Of a stretch of 64,000 nt of DNA, positions 27,432 to 36,469 are shown piece after piece (positions within the stretch are counted from its first letter, which is position 1; the number at the start of each line of letters is the position of its first letter). Source of the stretch: Nitrospira sp. (GTDB lineage: Bacteria; Nitrospirota; Nitrospiria; Nitrospirales; Nitrospiraceae); NCBI GenBank assembly GCA_016788465.1, contig JAEURV010000186.1, positions 988-64,987 on the forward strand. The letters are read 5' to 3'. The notes beneath the pieces are model-generated. The model had not been told where the DNA came from and did not search any database. It saw only the letters and a list, made by a program, of their open reading frames with translations. The position numbers and the translations under genes are program-made.

Positions 27432-27782
27432 ATGTCTGTAACCCGATTTGAAGACCTCAAATGTTGGAAACATGCTAAGAATTTTGCGGTCGAACTGTAT
27501 CAGACCTCCGATAATGGGGAGTTTGGTAAAGATTTCGGTTCCAAGGATCAGGTGAGGAGGGCGGCGGTCTCCATTGCTTCCACTATCGCGGAGGGAAGAG
27601 AAAGAGAAACAGTCTCGGAGTTCATCAGATACTTGTATGTTGCCAAAGGATCTGCCTGTGAGTTGAAAACTCAGGTGTTGATTGCAGCCGACATTGGCTA
27701 TGTGAGTCGGGAGCGTGCCGAGGAGTTAAGGGCGAAGATCGAGGCTCTTAGTGCCATGCTCAGCGCACTAATTGAAAAATGA
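27432..27782 (+). CDS. Four-helix-bundle protein (23S rRNA intervening-sequence protein / Avd-like family)
   Basis: 116 aa from ATG 27432: FEDLKCWKHAKNFAVELYQ.., IASTIAEGRERETVSEFIRYLYVAKGSACELKTQVLIA, the characteristic family pattern. The upstream in-frame 46 codons were judged non-coding. Confidence 0.7.
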   Translation: MSVTRFEDLKCWKHAKNFAVELYQTSDNGEFGKDFGSKDQVRRAAVSIASTIAEGRERETVSEFIRYLYVAKGSACELKTQVLIAADIGYVSRERAEELRAKIEALSAMLSALIEK

Positions 27783-27861
27783 AAAGCTGACGCTAAAGTG
27801 AGTGTGAAGGAGCAACTCGCGCCAATCTCGCTTCTCTTGTGAGTCGCGCATCGGATGCATC

Positions 27862-28386
27862 ATGAATGATCAGGCAGACCAGATGGACCAGACAGACAAT
27901 TTCAATTGGTATGCGCTGCGAACAAAGTCCCGTCATGAGAAGGTGGTGCGCGATCAGCTAGAGAAACAAGGAATCGAGCCCTTGCTTCCGACGGTCAAAC
28001 GGTTGAGTCAATGGAAGGACCGAAAGAAAGAAATCGAGGTCCCTCTGTTTCCCGGTTATTGTTTCGTCCGGCTTTCCCAACAAGAGAAGCTGCCGGCACA
28101 GAAAACGGCAGGTGTTGTCGAAATCGTCGGAAGCGGAAGTCGGCCTGAACCGATTCCGGACGCAGAAATCGAGGCACTGCGGCGTCTGATAACCAGTGTC
28201 TTGCCCTATGATCCGCACCCATATCTCCACGAAGGCATGAAAGTGGAAGTCATTCGTGGCCCCCTTCAAGGAGTGCACGGCATTCTGCTGAGAAAAGAAA
28301 AGCGTCATCGGCTTGTCATCGGTGTGCACCTGATTCAACAAGCGGCAGCGGTTGAAATCGATGTAAATGATGTAGTGGGCGTCTAA
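27862..28386 (+). CDS. NusG-paralog transcription antiterminator (RfaH/UpxY-like)
   Basis: NGN domain WYALRTKSRHEKVVRDQLEKQGIEPLLP..PLFPGYCFVR and a KOW motif GMKVEVIRGPLQGVHGILL. Located at the head of the polysaccharide gene block. Confidence 0.8.
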   Translation: MNDQADQMDQTDNFNWYALRTKSRHEKVVRDQLEKQGIEPLLPTVKRLSQWKDRKKEIEVPLFPGYCFVRLSQQEKLPAQKTAGVVEIVGSGSRPEPIPDAEIEALRRLITSVLPYDPHPYLHEGMKVEVIRGPLQGVHGILLRKEKRHRLVIGVHLIQQAAAVEIDVNDVVGV

Positions 28387-28507
28387 GCAGTCTGGAATTT
28401 GATGAGAGCCACGTTCCCCATTCATGCAGTGCCGGTGCCGAGGGGTATTCAAAATTGTCCGCGAGCACGAACGACTTGCCGATGATCATGAAATCTGAGG
28501 GGCTGAT

Positions 28508-28984
28508 ATGAGTGCGTCCGAGATTGATTCCATGTACGGGAGTGCCGTCGTGGAAGGGATGAGGGTGCGCGCCGGAGTCGGAGTAGTTGTTCGCGGGCAG
28601 GGTGACACCATACTCCTTGAAAAGCGTCGCGATTGTGGCTGGTGGGGATTGCCTGGAGGAAGGGTGGAGCCTGGAGAGTCACTTGTCGAGGCTGCCGTAC
28701 GGGAAGTGTGTGAAGAGACGGGCCTCACCGTGGAAGTGACCCATCTCATCGGCGTGTATTCAAGCCCGGAAGGTCGTATCGTCACGTATCCGGATAACGG
28801 CGATGTCGTTCAACTTATCGATGTCGTCGTTGGCGCGCGAGTCCTATCCGGTCAAGTTACCTGCAGCGAGGAGAGTGAAGAGGTCCGTTTCTTTTCTCCA
28901 TCTCAATTGCCGGAACAGATTGTGCCTCCCGCTCGGCAACCACTTGCGGATGCGTTGGAAGGCCGATGCGGACTATTGAGATAG
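28508..28984 (+). CDS. NUDIX hydrolase
   Basis: Nudix box [27 protein letters not shown]. Confidence 0.85.
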   Translation: MSASEIDSMYGSAVVEGMRVRAGVGVVVRGQGDTILLEKRRDCGWWGLPGGRVEPGESLVEAAVREVCEETGLTVEVTHLIGVYSSPEGRIVTYPDNGDVVQLIDVVVGARVLSGQVTCSEESEEVRFFSPSQLPEQIVPPARQPLADALEGRCGLLR

Positions 28985-28997
28985 GAGCGATGCGTTC

Positions 28998-30455
28998 ATG
29001 ACACCAGTTCGTGTTCTCGTCATGCTCGGTCTCGGCAGAGGATTCCAAGTACTTGCGGGGTTAATTACGATCAAAATTGCGACGACGATGCTGTCACCCG
29101 GGGAGCTGGGAAGCATGAACCAGGTAATGAGTCTGGCTATTCTCGGGACCTCCGCTTTGTTGATCCCGCTGTCTGCCTACATTACTCGTGGTTGTTTGGA
29201 GTGGATCGATGCAGGTGTCTTAACCCAACGGCTTAGTTCTTACCTGCGTATTGTCATAGCTGTTGCAGTGGGGCTTGGTTTAGTCGCGTGGGTCATGCAG
29301 AGCCAGTTTTCAGTGGTCTTGGGGATTACCCCAGGTTGGGTTGCAAGTTTGGTTTCGCTCTATACGCTGGGGTTTGCACTTCAGACGATGGGGACCTCAG
29401 GGCTCAACCTGATAGGGCATCGATTGCTGTATGTGCTGTTTGGAAACATTGCTGCATGGGGAGGTCTTTTCTTTGCGATATGGTGGTCGACCTACCAGGC
29501 AGGCCCAGAGGTGTGGTTGCTTGGAGTCTTTTGTGGATTTCTTCTCTCGTCTCTTTCTTATGTGCTGTTTGATCGATATACAAGAACGTCGGTTCCCATG
29601 CATGCCTCTCCTCTGCACAGAGTACTCCCGTTCGATTGGTGGACCCTGTTCATGTTTGTGGGGCCTCAAGCCGTGGCATTCGTATTTTGGTGGATCCAAT
29701 CCCAGAGTTATCGCTTTATTCTCAGTTGGGTGGCCGATATTACGACCGTCGGCTTGTTTGCGGCAGGGTATATGATTTGCTCAATGCCGATGCAGACCTT
29801 CGAAAACCTTTTCAATGAGTTTTACAGCCCGACATTGTTTCGAGCGCTGAAAGGACAAGATACTGATGGCATTGCGAAGGCTTGGAGCGCCTATGCGGCG
29901 GCCTACATTCCGGCCGTCATTCTGTTCGGCGCGTTCTTGATCGGAAACGCCGCCTTCATGGTGAAGCTTCTGTTAGGCGAACAGTTTCAAGCGATCGCGT
30001 CGATTCTCATGTGGCCCGCGCTGACGGAGACGTTTCGGGCTATGTCTTCGACGTTACACCAGCTGGGTATGGCGAAGGTCGATATGACAGTCACTATCTA
30101 TCCCCTTATGATGGGGGCGCTTCTGGCCCCGATGCTCGTGTATGTTCTGGCGTCCTACGAACCCCTTCTGGGGACGGCGCTGGCGCTTCTGATGGCAGGA
30201 ATAGTCGTATTTGCGATGGCCATCCCGATCAGTTGCCGAGCGTTACCGATTGCCTGGCCTATTCGAAGGATTCTCTATGCTGTGGCCCTCGGGCTTCCAT
30301 TATACTTCCTGGGATCGATCATGACTGCGGGGTTTGGAGACCTGTCCACAGGGAAGGCCGCTGTCGCTCTCTTGATTTCTGGATTGACGATGGCGATGTT
30401 TCAGTATCTGATGGCAAAGGAATGGCTTCATCAGATCGTGTGGAAACAGGCATGA
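28998..30455 (+). CDS. Polysaccharide flippase, Wzx/MOP-superfamily-like membrane protein
   Basis: 485 aa with roughly 12-14 hydrophobic helices. The N-terminal pattern IKIATTMLSPGELGSMNQVMSLA is typical of polysaccharide-biosynthesis (Wzx) proteins. Confidence 0.7.
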   Translation: MTPVRVLVMLGLGRGFQVLAGLITIKIATTMLSPGELGSMNQVMSLAILGTSALLIPLSAYITRGCLEWIDAGVLTQRLSSYLRIVIAVAVGLGLVAWVMQSQFSVVLGITPGWVASLVSLYTLGFALQTMGTSGLNLIGHRLLYVLFGNIAAWGGLFFAIWWSTYQAGPEVWLLGVFCGFLLSSLSYVLFDRYTRTSVPMHASPLHRVLPFDWWTLFMFVGPQAVAFVFWWIQSQSYRFILSWVADITTVGLFAAGYMICSMPMQTFENLFNEFYSPTLFRALKGQDTDGIAKAWSAYAAAYIPAVILFGAFLIGNAAFMVKLLLGEQFQAIASILMWPALTETFRAMSSTLHQLGMAKVDMTVTIYPLMMGALLAPMLVYVLASYEPLLGTALALLMAGIVVFAMAIPISCRALPIAWPIRRILYAVALGLPLYFLGSIMTAGFGDLSTGKAAVALLISGLTMAMFQYLMAKEWLHQIVWKQA

Positions 30456-31456
30456 AGACGCCGGGCCTTGTGACCATCATGGTGCCGGTTCTCAACGGCG
30501 AACTATTTCTCCCGTCGGCGCTGGAGTCCTTGCTGGCGCAAGACTACTCACAGTTTGAAATTGTGATTCTTGATAATCAGTCGACTGATCGGACGGCCGA
30601 GATTTGTCGTGAGTATGCACGTCGTGATCCGCGGGTGAAGTATGTGTTGGATGCCGTCAATCGGATTTCGCACGATGCTGCAAATCATCTGGCTACTTTT
30701 ATTACGGGTGAGTTCTGCATGATCGCCTGCGATGACGACCTGTGGGAGCCGAATTTTCTGGGGACTATGGTCAGGTATCTTCAGCTCTACCCCGATGTCG
30801 GATTGGTATTTCCTAACGCCTGCTATGTGGATGTCGACGGTAATCGGGGCGCGCAGCGGTTGTTGGCCGGTCGCCATTTATATAGGAGGGAGGATTCCGC
30901 TTTTCGAAATGTGTGGAGGTATCTCGGGCAACGCCGGGTGGTTCCGACAATCTTCGGGGTCTATCGGAGCGAGGCGTATATGGCGGCGCTCCCGTTCGAT
31001 ACATTCGACGAAACAATTGCCGATGTGGATAATCTTTTTCTTATCAAGCTATTGACGCTGACGAAGGTGCAAGGGCTTGATGCGGTCCTTTTTTACTATC
31101 GGAATAAATTCCGCGGGTTTGACCCGTCCAATGGGAAAAGTTGGTCTTCTGCCTGGTCGTTCTACACCGGACATCAATGGAGATTTCTCCGGAAAAGTCT
31201 CAACGTGGTGGATCATGCACCGCTGTCCAATGTGGAACGGTTCTTACTTCGGGTGCGTTCCTGCTATGCGTTCGTCGCGGTCGTTTCATTTTTGCGAGTC
31301 AGGTCTAACCTCGGGAAGATCTTGGTTCGTCTTAAATTTCGAGAAGGACCGTCGATCGCGAAGGATATCCACACGGACATTCGCTCAACGGCCTTGCAAG
31401 CAGCGCACGGTGATGTGAAGGCGGTCGGGGATGCCAATATTGGTTTCAAAAGTTAA
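30452..31456 (+). CDS. Glycosyltransferase family 2
   Basis: VTIMVPVLNGELFLPSALESLLAQDYSQFEIVILDNQSTDRT and ACDDD (DxD). The true start is ATG 30452 (ATGA overlap with the flippase stop). The 29882 upstream extension overlaps the flippase gene. Confidence 0.8.
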   Translation: MKTPGLVTIMVPVLNGELFLPSALESLLAQDYSQFEIVILDNQSTDRTAEICREYARRDPRVKYVLDAVNRISHDAANHLATFITGEFCMIACDDDLWEPNFLGTMVRYLQLYPDVGLVFPNACYVDVDGNRGAQRLLAGRHLYRREDSAFRNVWRYLGQRRVVPTIFGVYRSEAYMAALPFDTFDETIADVDNLFLIKLLTLTKVQGLDAVLFYYRNKFRGFDPSNGKSWSSAWSFYTGHQWRFLRKSLNVVDHAPLSNVERFLLRVRSCYAFVAVVSFLRVRSNLGKILVRLKFREGPSIAKDIHTDIRSTALQAAHGDVKAVGDANIGFKS

Positions 31457-31541
31457 AATTAGTAAGCCTCACTCTTGTAAACTTTTCCAAAGTGTAGGAT
31501 AACACGATTGGCAATTCCCTGATTCTACGAGTCACGAACCA

Positions 31542-33089
31542 ATGCCCATCGCAACTCGACAGCTTGATGTGCTCTTCGTCAATGCCGACTCTTCCTTGCA
31601 AGCCTATCAAGGACTAGCGAAGACCTATTCGGCGATCGAACCACCGACATGGGCGCTGTTGTTGGCACAGTCATGTCGGGCCAAGAGTTTTGGCGCGGCG
31701 ATTTTAGATTGTGACGCAGAGAAGCTGCCATTATCTGAGGCAGTGAGTCGGATTCAGGATGCGAATCCGCGGCTGGTGGTATTTGTCGTCTATGGGCAAA
31801 ATCCCAATTCGGGGACGACCGGAATGATCGGCGCCAGTGCCCTTGCGAAGGAGGTCAAGCAACAGCATCCACATTTCCCGATCTGTTTTGTAGGATCTCA
31901 TACCAGCGCGTTGCCCATGGAGGTCCTGCAACTCCCGTTCGTCGACATCGTACTCCTGAATGAGGGAGTGTATGCGCTGCATAATCTTTTACAGACAGAT
32001 CTCCGTTCTGGGCTACAAGCCGTGAAGGGCATTGGATATAAAGTCGTTGAGTCTGATGGAAAGAGTCGCCCGATCCTGAATGAGCCGCAATCGGTAGTTC
32101 CACAAGATCGTATGGATATCGACATGCCTGGCTACGCATGGGATCTCCTGCCGTACCGATCCCGACCGCTCGACTTATATCGTGCGCACTTCTGGCATGC
32201 CGAGTTCGACCATGAGAAACGTACCCCCTTCGCGGCCATTTATACATCACTTGGATGCACGTTTGCCTGCGATTTTTGCATGATCAATATTGTCAACCGG
32301 GTGGATAACGGCAATGGGGTTGATGCGTCCCATTCACGCGGGATGCGGTTTTGGAGCGCGAAGTTGATCACGGCTGAACTTGAGAAGCTCGCAAAACTGG
32401 GGGTGCAGACCATCCGGATCAGCGACGAAATGTTCTTCTTGAATCGAAAGTACTACGAGCCTCTCTTACGGGACATCATCGAACGAGATTTGCGATTAAG
32501 GATGTGGGCCTACGCGCGAGTCGATACCGTACGACATGAGTACATCAATTTGTTCAGGCAGGCCGGTATTAATTGGTTGGCGCTTGGGATAGAAGCCGGT
32601 AACCAAACCGTGAGGCAGGAGGTTTCGAAGGGCTCTTTCCAGGAGGTCAACATCCGAGCCGTCTGCGATAAGGTGCGGGCCGAGGGAATGAATATCATCA
32701 GTAACTACATTTTCGGATTCCCTGACGATACGCTGGAGACGATGGGAGAGACCTTGAATTTAGCGCTTGAGCTGAATACCGAGATGGCGAATATGTATCC
32801 CTGTCAGGCCTTGCCGGGAAGTCCGATGTATCATCTGGCCAAGCAGCAAGGCTGGAAATTGCCGGATAACTATAGTGGATATGCGTTCTTGTCCTACGAC
32901 AGCCAGCCGCTTCCCACCAAGCATGTTACGGCAGCGGACGTGTTGCGGTTCCGTGATGACGCGTGGCAGCGATACTTTTCGAGTGCGGCGTATCTCAAGC
33001 TGGTTGAGACGAAGTTCGGTCAGAAGGAACGGGCAAATGTTGAAGCCATGGCCAAGGTGCCGTTGCGCCGAAAACTGCTCGGTGATTGA
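31542..33089 (+). CDS. B12-binding-domain radical SAM enzyme (class B, methyltransferase-like)
   Basis: 515 aa. N-terminal Rossmann-like B12-binding region (VLFVNADS.., VVFVVYGQNP), then the canonical cluster motif CTFACDFC (C239/C243/C246, nt 32256..32279) and a TIM-barrel-like core. Confidence 0.8.
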   Translation: MPIATRQLDVLFVNADSSLQAYQGLAKTYSAIEPPTWALLLAQSCRAKSFGAAILDCDAEKLPLSEAVSRIQDANPRLVVFVVYGQNPNSGTTGMIGASALAKEVKQQHPHFPICFVGSHTSALPMEVLQLPFVDIVLLNEGVYALHNLLQTDLRSGLQAVKGIGYKVVESDGKSRPILNEPQSVVPQDRMDIDMPGYAWDLLPYRSRPLDLYRAHFWHAEFDHEKRTPFAAIYTSLGCTFACDFCMINIVNRVDNGNGVDASHSRGMRFWSAKLITAELEKLAKLGVQTIRISDEMFFLNRKYYEPLLRDIIERDLRLRMWAYARVDTVRHEYINLFRQAGINWLALGIEAGNQTVRQEVSKGSFQEVNIRAVCDKVRAEGMNIISNYIFGFPDDTLETMGETLNLALELNTEMANMYPCQALPGSPMYHLAKQQGWKLPDNYSGYAFLSYDSQPLPTKHVTAADVLRFRDDAWQRYFSSAAYLKLVETKFGQKERANVEAMAKVPLRRKLLGD

Positions 33090-33130
33090 CGTGACCACGG
33101 TTCTCATGGCGGAACAGTGAGGCACGAAGG

Positions 33131-34132
33131 ATGATCATCACGAGAACTCCGTTCCGCATCTCGTTTTTCGGCGGCGGGACCGACTATCCGGCTTGGTATC
33201 AGGAGCATGGCGGCGTGGTCTTGGCCACCTCGATCGACAAATACTGTCACATCAGTTGCCGCTATCTTCCGCCTTTTTTCGAACATAAGCATCGCATCGT
33301 CTATTCCATTATCGAGAATGTGCGGCGGATCGATGAGATCAAGCATCCTGCCGTTCGAGCCATTCTGTCTTGGGCCGAGTGTGACGATCCGGGGCTTGAG
33401 ATTCATCACGACGGCGATCTGCCGGCTCGGTCCGGTCTCGGATCCAGTTCCTCGTTTACGGTGGGGCTGATCCATGCCTTAGCAGCCTTGCGCGGAAAAT
33501 ACATTTCGAAGGACGAGCTTGCGGCCCAAGCGATCAATATGGAGCAACATATCATCAAGGAGAATGTCGGGTCGCAGGATCAGATTTCGGCTGCCTTCGG
33601 AGGGTTCAATCGAATTGATTTCAAGAAAAACGATACGTTTCAGGTTTCGCCCATTATTTTGGCGAAGGACCGGTTGCATGAGTTTCAGTCGCATCTCATG
33701 CTGTGCTTTACCGGGTTTTCTCGCATTGCATCAGAAGTCGCCAAATCGAAGATCGACAACTTCAAGAGGCGAGAAGCCGAGCTCCACCGAATGAAGGAGA
33801 TGGTCGATGAAGCGATCAAGGTCCTCCAAAACTCACGGACTTCGATCGACGAAGTCGGCAGGTTGCTTCACGAGAGCTGGGTCTGTAAGCGTAGCCTTTC
33901 GGACAGAGTCTCGACGCCGGAAATTGATCAGTTATACGAAGAGGCGGTACGCGTCGGCGCGCTAGGCGGGAAGATTCTCGGAGCAGGCGGCGGAGGCTTT
34001 CTGCTGTTGTTTGTGAAGCCGGAATTACACCTAAAGGTTCAAGAGCGATTGAAGCATTTGGTGCATGTGCCGTTCCGGTTTGAAAGTTCGGGAAGTCGTG
34101 TGGTCTTGTACCAACCGAATGGGCTTTCTTGA
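33131..34132 (+). CDS. GHMP-family sugar kinase, D-glycero-D-manno-heptose 7-phosphate kinase (HddA)-like
   Basis: 333 aa with RTPFRISFFGGGTDYPAWY and the GHMP ATP motif PARSGLGSSSSF, plus GAGGGGFLLLF near the C-terminus. Confidence 0.75.
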   Translation: MIITRTPFRISFFGGGTDYPAWYQEHGGVVLATSIDKYCHISCRYLPPFFEHKHRIVYSIIENVRRIDEIKHPAVRAILSWAECDDPGLEIHHDGDLPARSGLGSSSSFTVGLIHALAALRGKYISKDELAAQAINMEQHIIKENVGSQDQISAAFGGFNRIDFKKNDTFQVSPIILAKDRLHEFQSHLMLCFTGFSRIASEVAKSKIDNFKRREAELHRMKEMVDEAIKVLQNSRTSIDEVGRLLHESWVCKRSLSDRVSTPEIDQLYEEAVRVGALGGKILGAGGGGFLLLFVKPELHLKVQERLKHLVHVPFRFESSGSRVVLYQPNGLS

Positions 34133-34133
34133 G

Positions 34134-35141
34134 ATGACGATGAAACAAGATGCCGTCACGTATGTCGCAGGACATGCCGGCCTTATCGGATCGGCGGTTG
34201 TTCGGCGATTGGAGCGGGAGGGGTATCGAACGCTCATCACGAAACGGCGGAATGAGTTGGATCTACAGAATGCCGCGGCAGTCGATGAATTTTTTGAGGA
34301 GGTTCGTCCAGAGTATGTGATTCTTGCCGCAGGGCGAGTCGGCGGAATTATGGAAAATCAGTCATTCCCCGCCGACTTCATGGACGAGAATGTCGCCATT
34401 CAGCTGAATGTGCTGAAGGCGGCCCGGAAAACTGGGGTGCGAAGGATGATTCTATTCGGCTCCTCCTGCATGTATCCCAGGGAATGTCCTCAACCAATGG
34501 CCGAAGCCGCTCTTCTCTCCGGCAAACCCGAACCAACCAGTTTGCCCTATGCCGTTTCCAAGCTCCTCGGTACGTACATGTGCCTGGCGTATAATAAACA
34601 AGATCGGGAGGCCCGATTTATTCCGGTGATTCCCAATAGCGCTTATGGGCCTTATGACAATTTTGATCCGAAGTCGGCCCATGTTCTTTCAGCGCTTCTC
34701 GCGCGCTTTCATGAAGCAAAGGTGACCGGCGCCCAATCGATCTGCTTGTGGGGCACCGGCTCACCGAGACGGGAGTTTATTCACGCCGACGATATTGCGG
34801 GTGCGTGCGTTCATCTCTTGCTCGAGGAAGATCTCACGGTCGAGTTCCCGATTAATATTGGGATCGGGGAGGATGTTTCAATCAAAGAATTGGCCGAGTT
34901 GATCGCCGGTGTCGTCGGCTATAGAGGAGAGCTCAATTGGGATTCGACCAAGCCCGACGGTGCTCCTCGGAAACTCCTGGATAGCGCCCGCATCAGGTCC
35001 TTAGGGTGGAAGCCCCGTATCGGGCTTCGTGAGGGACTTACGGAGACATACCGGTGGTATGTGAATCATCTAAAGACCGCGCCTGTCCCGATGCAGGTGG
35101 GGGGCGATAATCGGACTGGAGCTCAGGTTTCTTGCGCTTGA
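34134..35141 (+). CDS. GDP-L-fucose synthase family epimerase/reductase (Fcl/ColC-like)
   Basis: From ATG 34134: VAGHAGLIGSAVVRRL, AAGRVGGIMENQSFPADF, LFGSSCMYPRECPQPMAE, PYAVSKL, YGPYDNFDPKSAHVLSALLARFHEAK. Close colinear resemblance to E. coli Fcl as I recall it. Confidence 0.85.
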   Translation: MTMKQDAVTYVAGHAGLIGSAVVRRLEREGYRTLITKRRNELDLQNAAAVDEFFEEVRPEYVILAAGRVGGIMENQSFPADFMDENVAIQLNVLKAARKTGVRRMILFGSSCMYPRECPQPMAEAALLSGKPEPTSLPYAVSKLLGTYMCLAYNKQDREARFIPVIPNSAYGPYDNFDPKSAHVLSALLARFHEAKVTGAQSICLWGTGSPRREFIHADDIAGACVHLLLEEDLTVEFPINIGIGEDVSIKELAELIAGVVGYRGELNWDSTKPDGAPRKLLDSARIRSLGWKPRIGLREGLTETYRWYVNHLKTAPVPMQVGGDNRTGAQVSCA

Positions 35142-35168
35142 TACGCCTGGCATACGAAGGATGAAACG

Positions 35169-35768
35169 ATGACAAAAGAAGAGTTGATTGAATTCGAGGA
35201 AGAAGTCGCCGCGTTATTCAACGCAGGGAAAATTCGCGCCCCCATTCATCTGTACTATGGGAATGAGGAGGCCATCATTGAAGTCTTTCGCGCCATTCGA
35301 GCTCAGGACTGGGTGTTCTGCTCATGGCGGTCTCATTATCAGTGTTTGCTGAAGGGAGTACCGAAGGATCGCGTCCGGGACGAGATCTTGGCCGGACGGT
35401 CGATCTCGCTGTGCTTCCCGGAGCAGCGGGTCTTCTCTTCAGCGATTGTCGGCGGAGTGTTACCGATTGCCGTCGGAGCAGCCATGTCGATTCAGCAGCG
35501 TGGGGAGGACGCCATGGTCTACTGCTTCATGGGAGATATGACGGCTGAGACGGGTATTGCGCATGAATCAATCAAATACAGCCGAAACCACCAGTTGCCG
35601 ATCCGCTTTATCATCGAGGACAACGCAAAATCGGTCTGTACCGATACCAGGGAGACGTGGAATCAGCCTCGACTGACTTATGAAGAAGTCAATGATGAGT
35701 ACATCAGCTACTACCGCTACGAAACGAAGTATCCGCATGCTGGTGCCGGCGTGCGGGTCCAGTTTTAA
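35169..35768 (+). CDS. Thiamine-diphosphate-dependent enzyme, short E1 alpha-like subunit
   Basis: 199 aa. The ThDP-binding GD-x(~27)-N motif is FMGDMTAETGIAHESIKYSRNHQLPIRFIIEDN. Confidence 0.7.
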   Translation: MTKEELIEFEEEVAALFNAGKIRAPIHLYYGNEEAIIEVFRAIRAQDWVFCSWRSHYQCLLKGVPKDRVRDEILAGRSISLCFPEQRVFSSAIVGGVLPIAVGAAMSIQQRGEDAMVYCFMGDMTAETGIAHESIKYSRNHQLPIRFIIEDNAKSVCTDTRETWNQPRLTYEEVNDEYISYYRYETKYPHAGAGVRVQF

Positions 35769-35776
35769 GGTGACCT

Positions 35777-36313
35777 ATGAAATATTTTGATGAGCTGAAG
35801 CGGTCGATGAATTTCTTGGCACAAGATCCACGGACGGTGTTTCTGGGCCAGGCGGTGGCCGTTCCGGGAACAGCCATGAGTAACACGCTCAAGGAAGTGC
35901 CCTCTCATCGATTGATCGAGCTGCCGGTGGCCGAGGAAATGCAAATGGGGATGACGACGGGCCTTGCCCTCACCGGACTTATACCCGTCAGTGTCTTCCC
36001 GAGATGGAATTTTCTGATCTTGGCGATCAACCAGTTGGTCAATCACCTGGACAAGATTCACCTGATGTCCAACGGAGGATACAAGACGAAGGCCATTATC
36101 CGGACGGGAATCGGATCTCAGCGTCCGCTCCATCCGCAGCATCAGCATGTCGGAGACTTTACGGAGGCGATCCGCATGATGTGCAGCACGGTAGAAATCA
36201 TTCGTTTGGAAGAACCCAAAGATGTCTTCCCGGCCTATGAGTGGGCGTTGCAGCGTGAGGATGGACACAGCACGATCATTGTTGAGTACGGAGACTATTA
36301 CAACGAGAAATAA
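35777..36313 (+). CDS. Short E1 beta-like (transketolase pyrimidine-binding domain) subunit
   Basis: 178 aa with RLIELPVAEEMQMGMTTGLALTG (catalytic Glu region). It lacks the C-terminal domain of canonical E1 beta. Sits 8 nt after the alpha-like gene. Confidence 0.7.
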   Translation: MKYFDELKRSMNFLAQDPRTVFLGQAVAVPGTAMSNTLKEVPSHRLIELPVAEEMQMGMTTGLALTGLIPVSVFPRWNFLILAINQLVNHLDKIHLMSNGGYKTKAIIRTGIGSQRPLHPQHQHVGDFTEAIRMMCSTVEIIRLEEPKDVFPAYEWALQREDGHSTIIVEYGDYYNEK

Positions 36314-36469
36314 CAGGGCAGTGAAACAACCAGCCGGATTCGTTCTCGTAGTACTAGTCAGTACCTAAAATCTTAGCAGGGCGGCATTCTTGAGCCGTCT
36401 AAATTGTCCGACCACAACTTGGAGTGGCGAAATTGGATCGATGGCTCCCATGAATGTGAATAGGTCGTT

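Noticed and set aside
27432-27782. Avd-like four-helix-bundle protein considered as a marker of a diversity-generating retroelement.
   Set aside because: There is no reverse transcriptase ORF and no template/variable repeat pair anywhere in the window. Members of this family frequently occur alone.
27292-27821. Short similar strings flanking the four-helix-bundle gene, AAGTGAG (27292 and 27796) and AACTCGCG (27336 and 27814), considered as insertion-site direct repeats of a mobile cassette.
   Set aside because: These are 7-8-mers with different spacing (44 versus 18 nt), well within chance expectation, and there is no other mobility signature.
26571-28507. Search for an RfaH-type ops/JUMPstart element (GGCGGTAG) in the spacers around the NusG paralog, and a sigma70-like promoter TTGACT-N17-TCATAT at 26615..26643.
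   Set aside because: No GGCGGTAG was seen by eye in these spacers. The promoter candidate has a poor -10 hexamer (3/6) and no supporting evidence. Similarly, a perfect TATAAT at 51612..51617 lacks a credible -35.
29882-30451. The 5' 190 codons of the 524-aa ORF 29882..31456, which would give a much longer GT2 protein.
   Set aside because: This part overlaps the Wzx-like gene out of frame and translates to an Arg/Gly/Ser-rich sequence. The GT2 family signature starts right at ATG 30452, which forms an ATGA overlap with the flippase stop.
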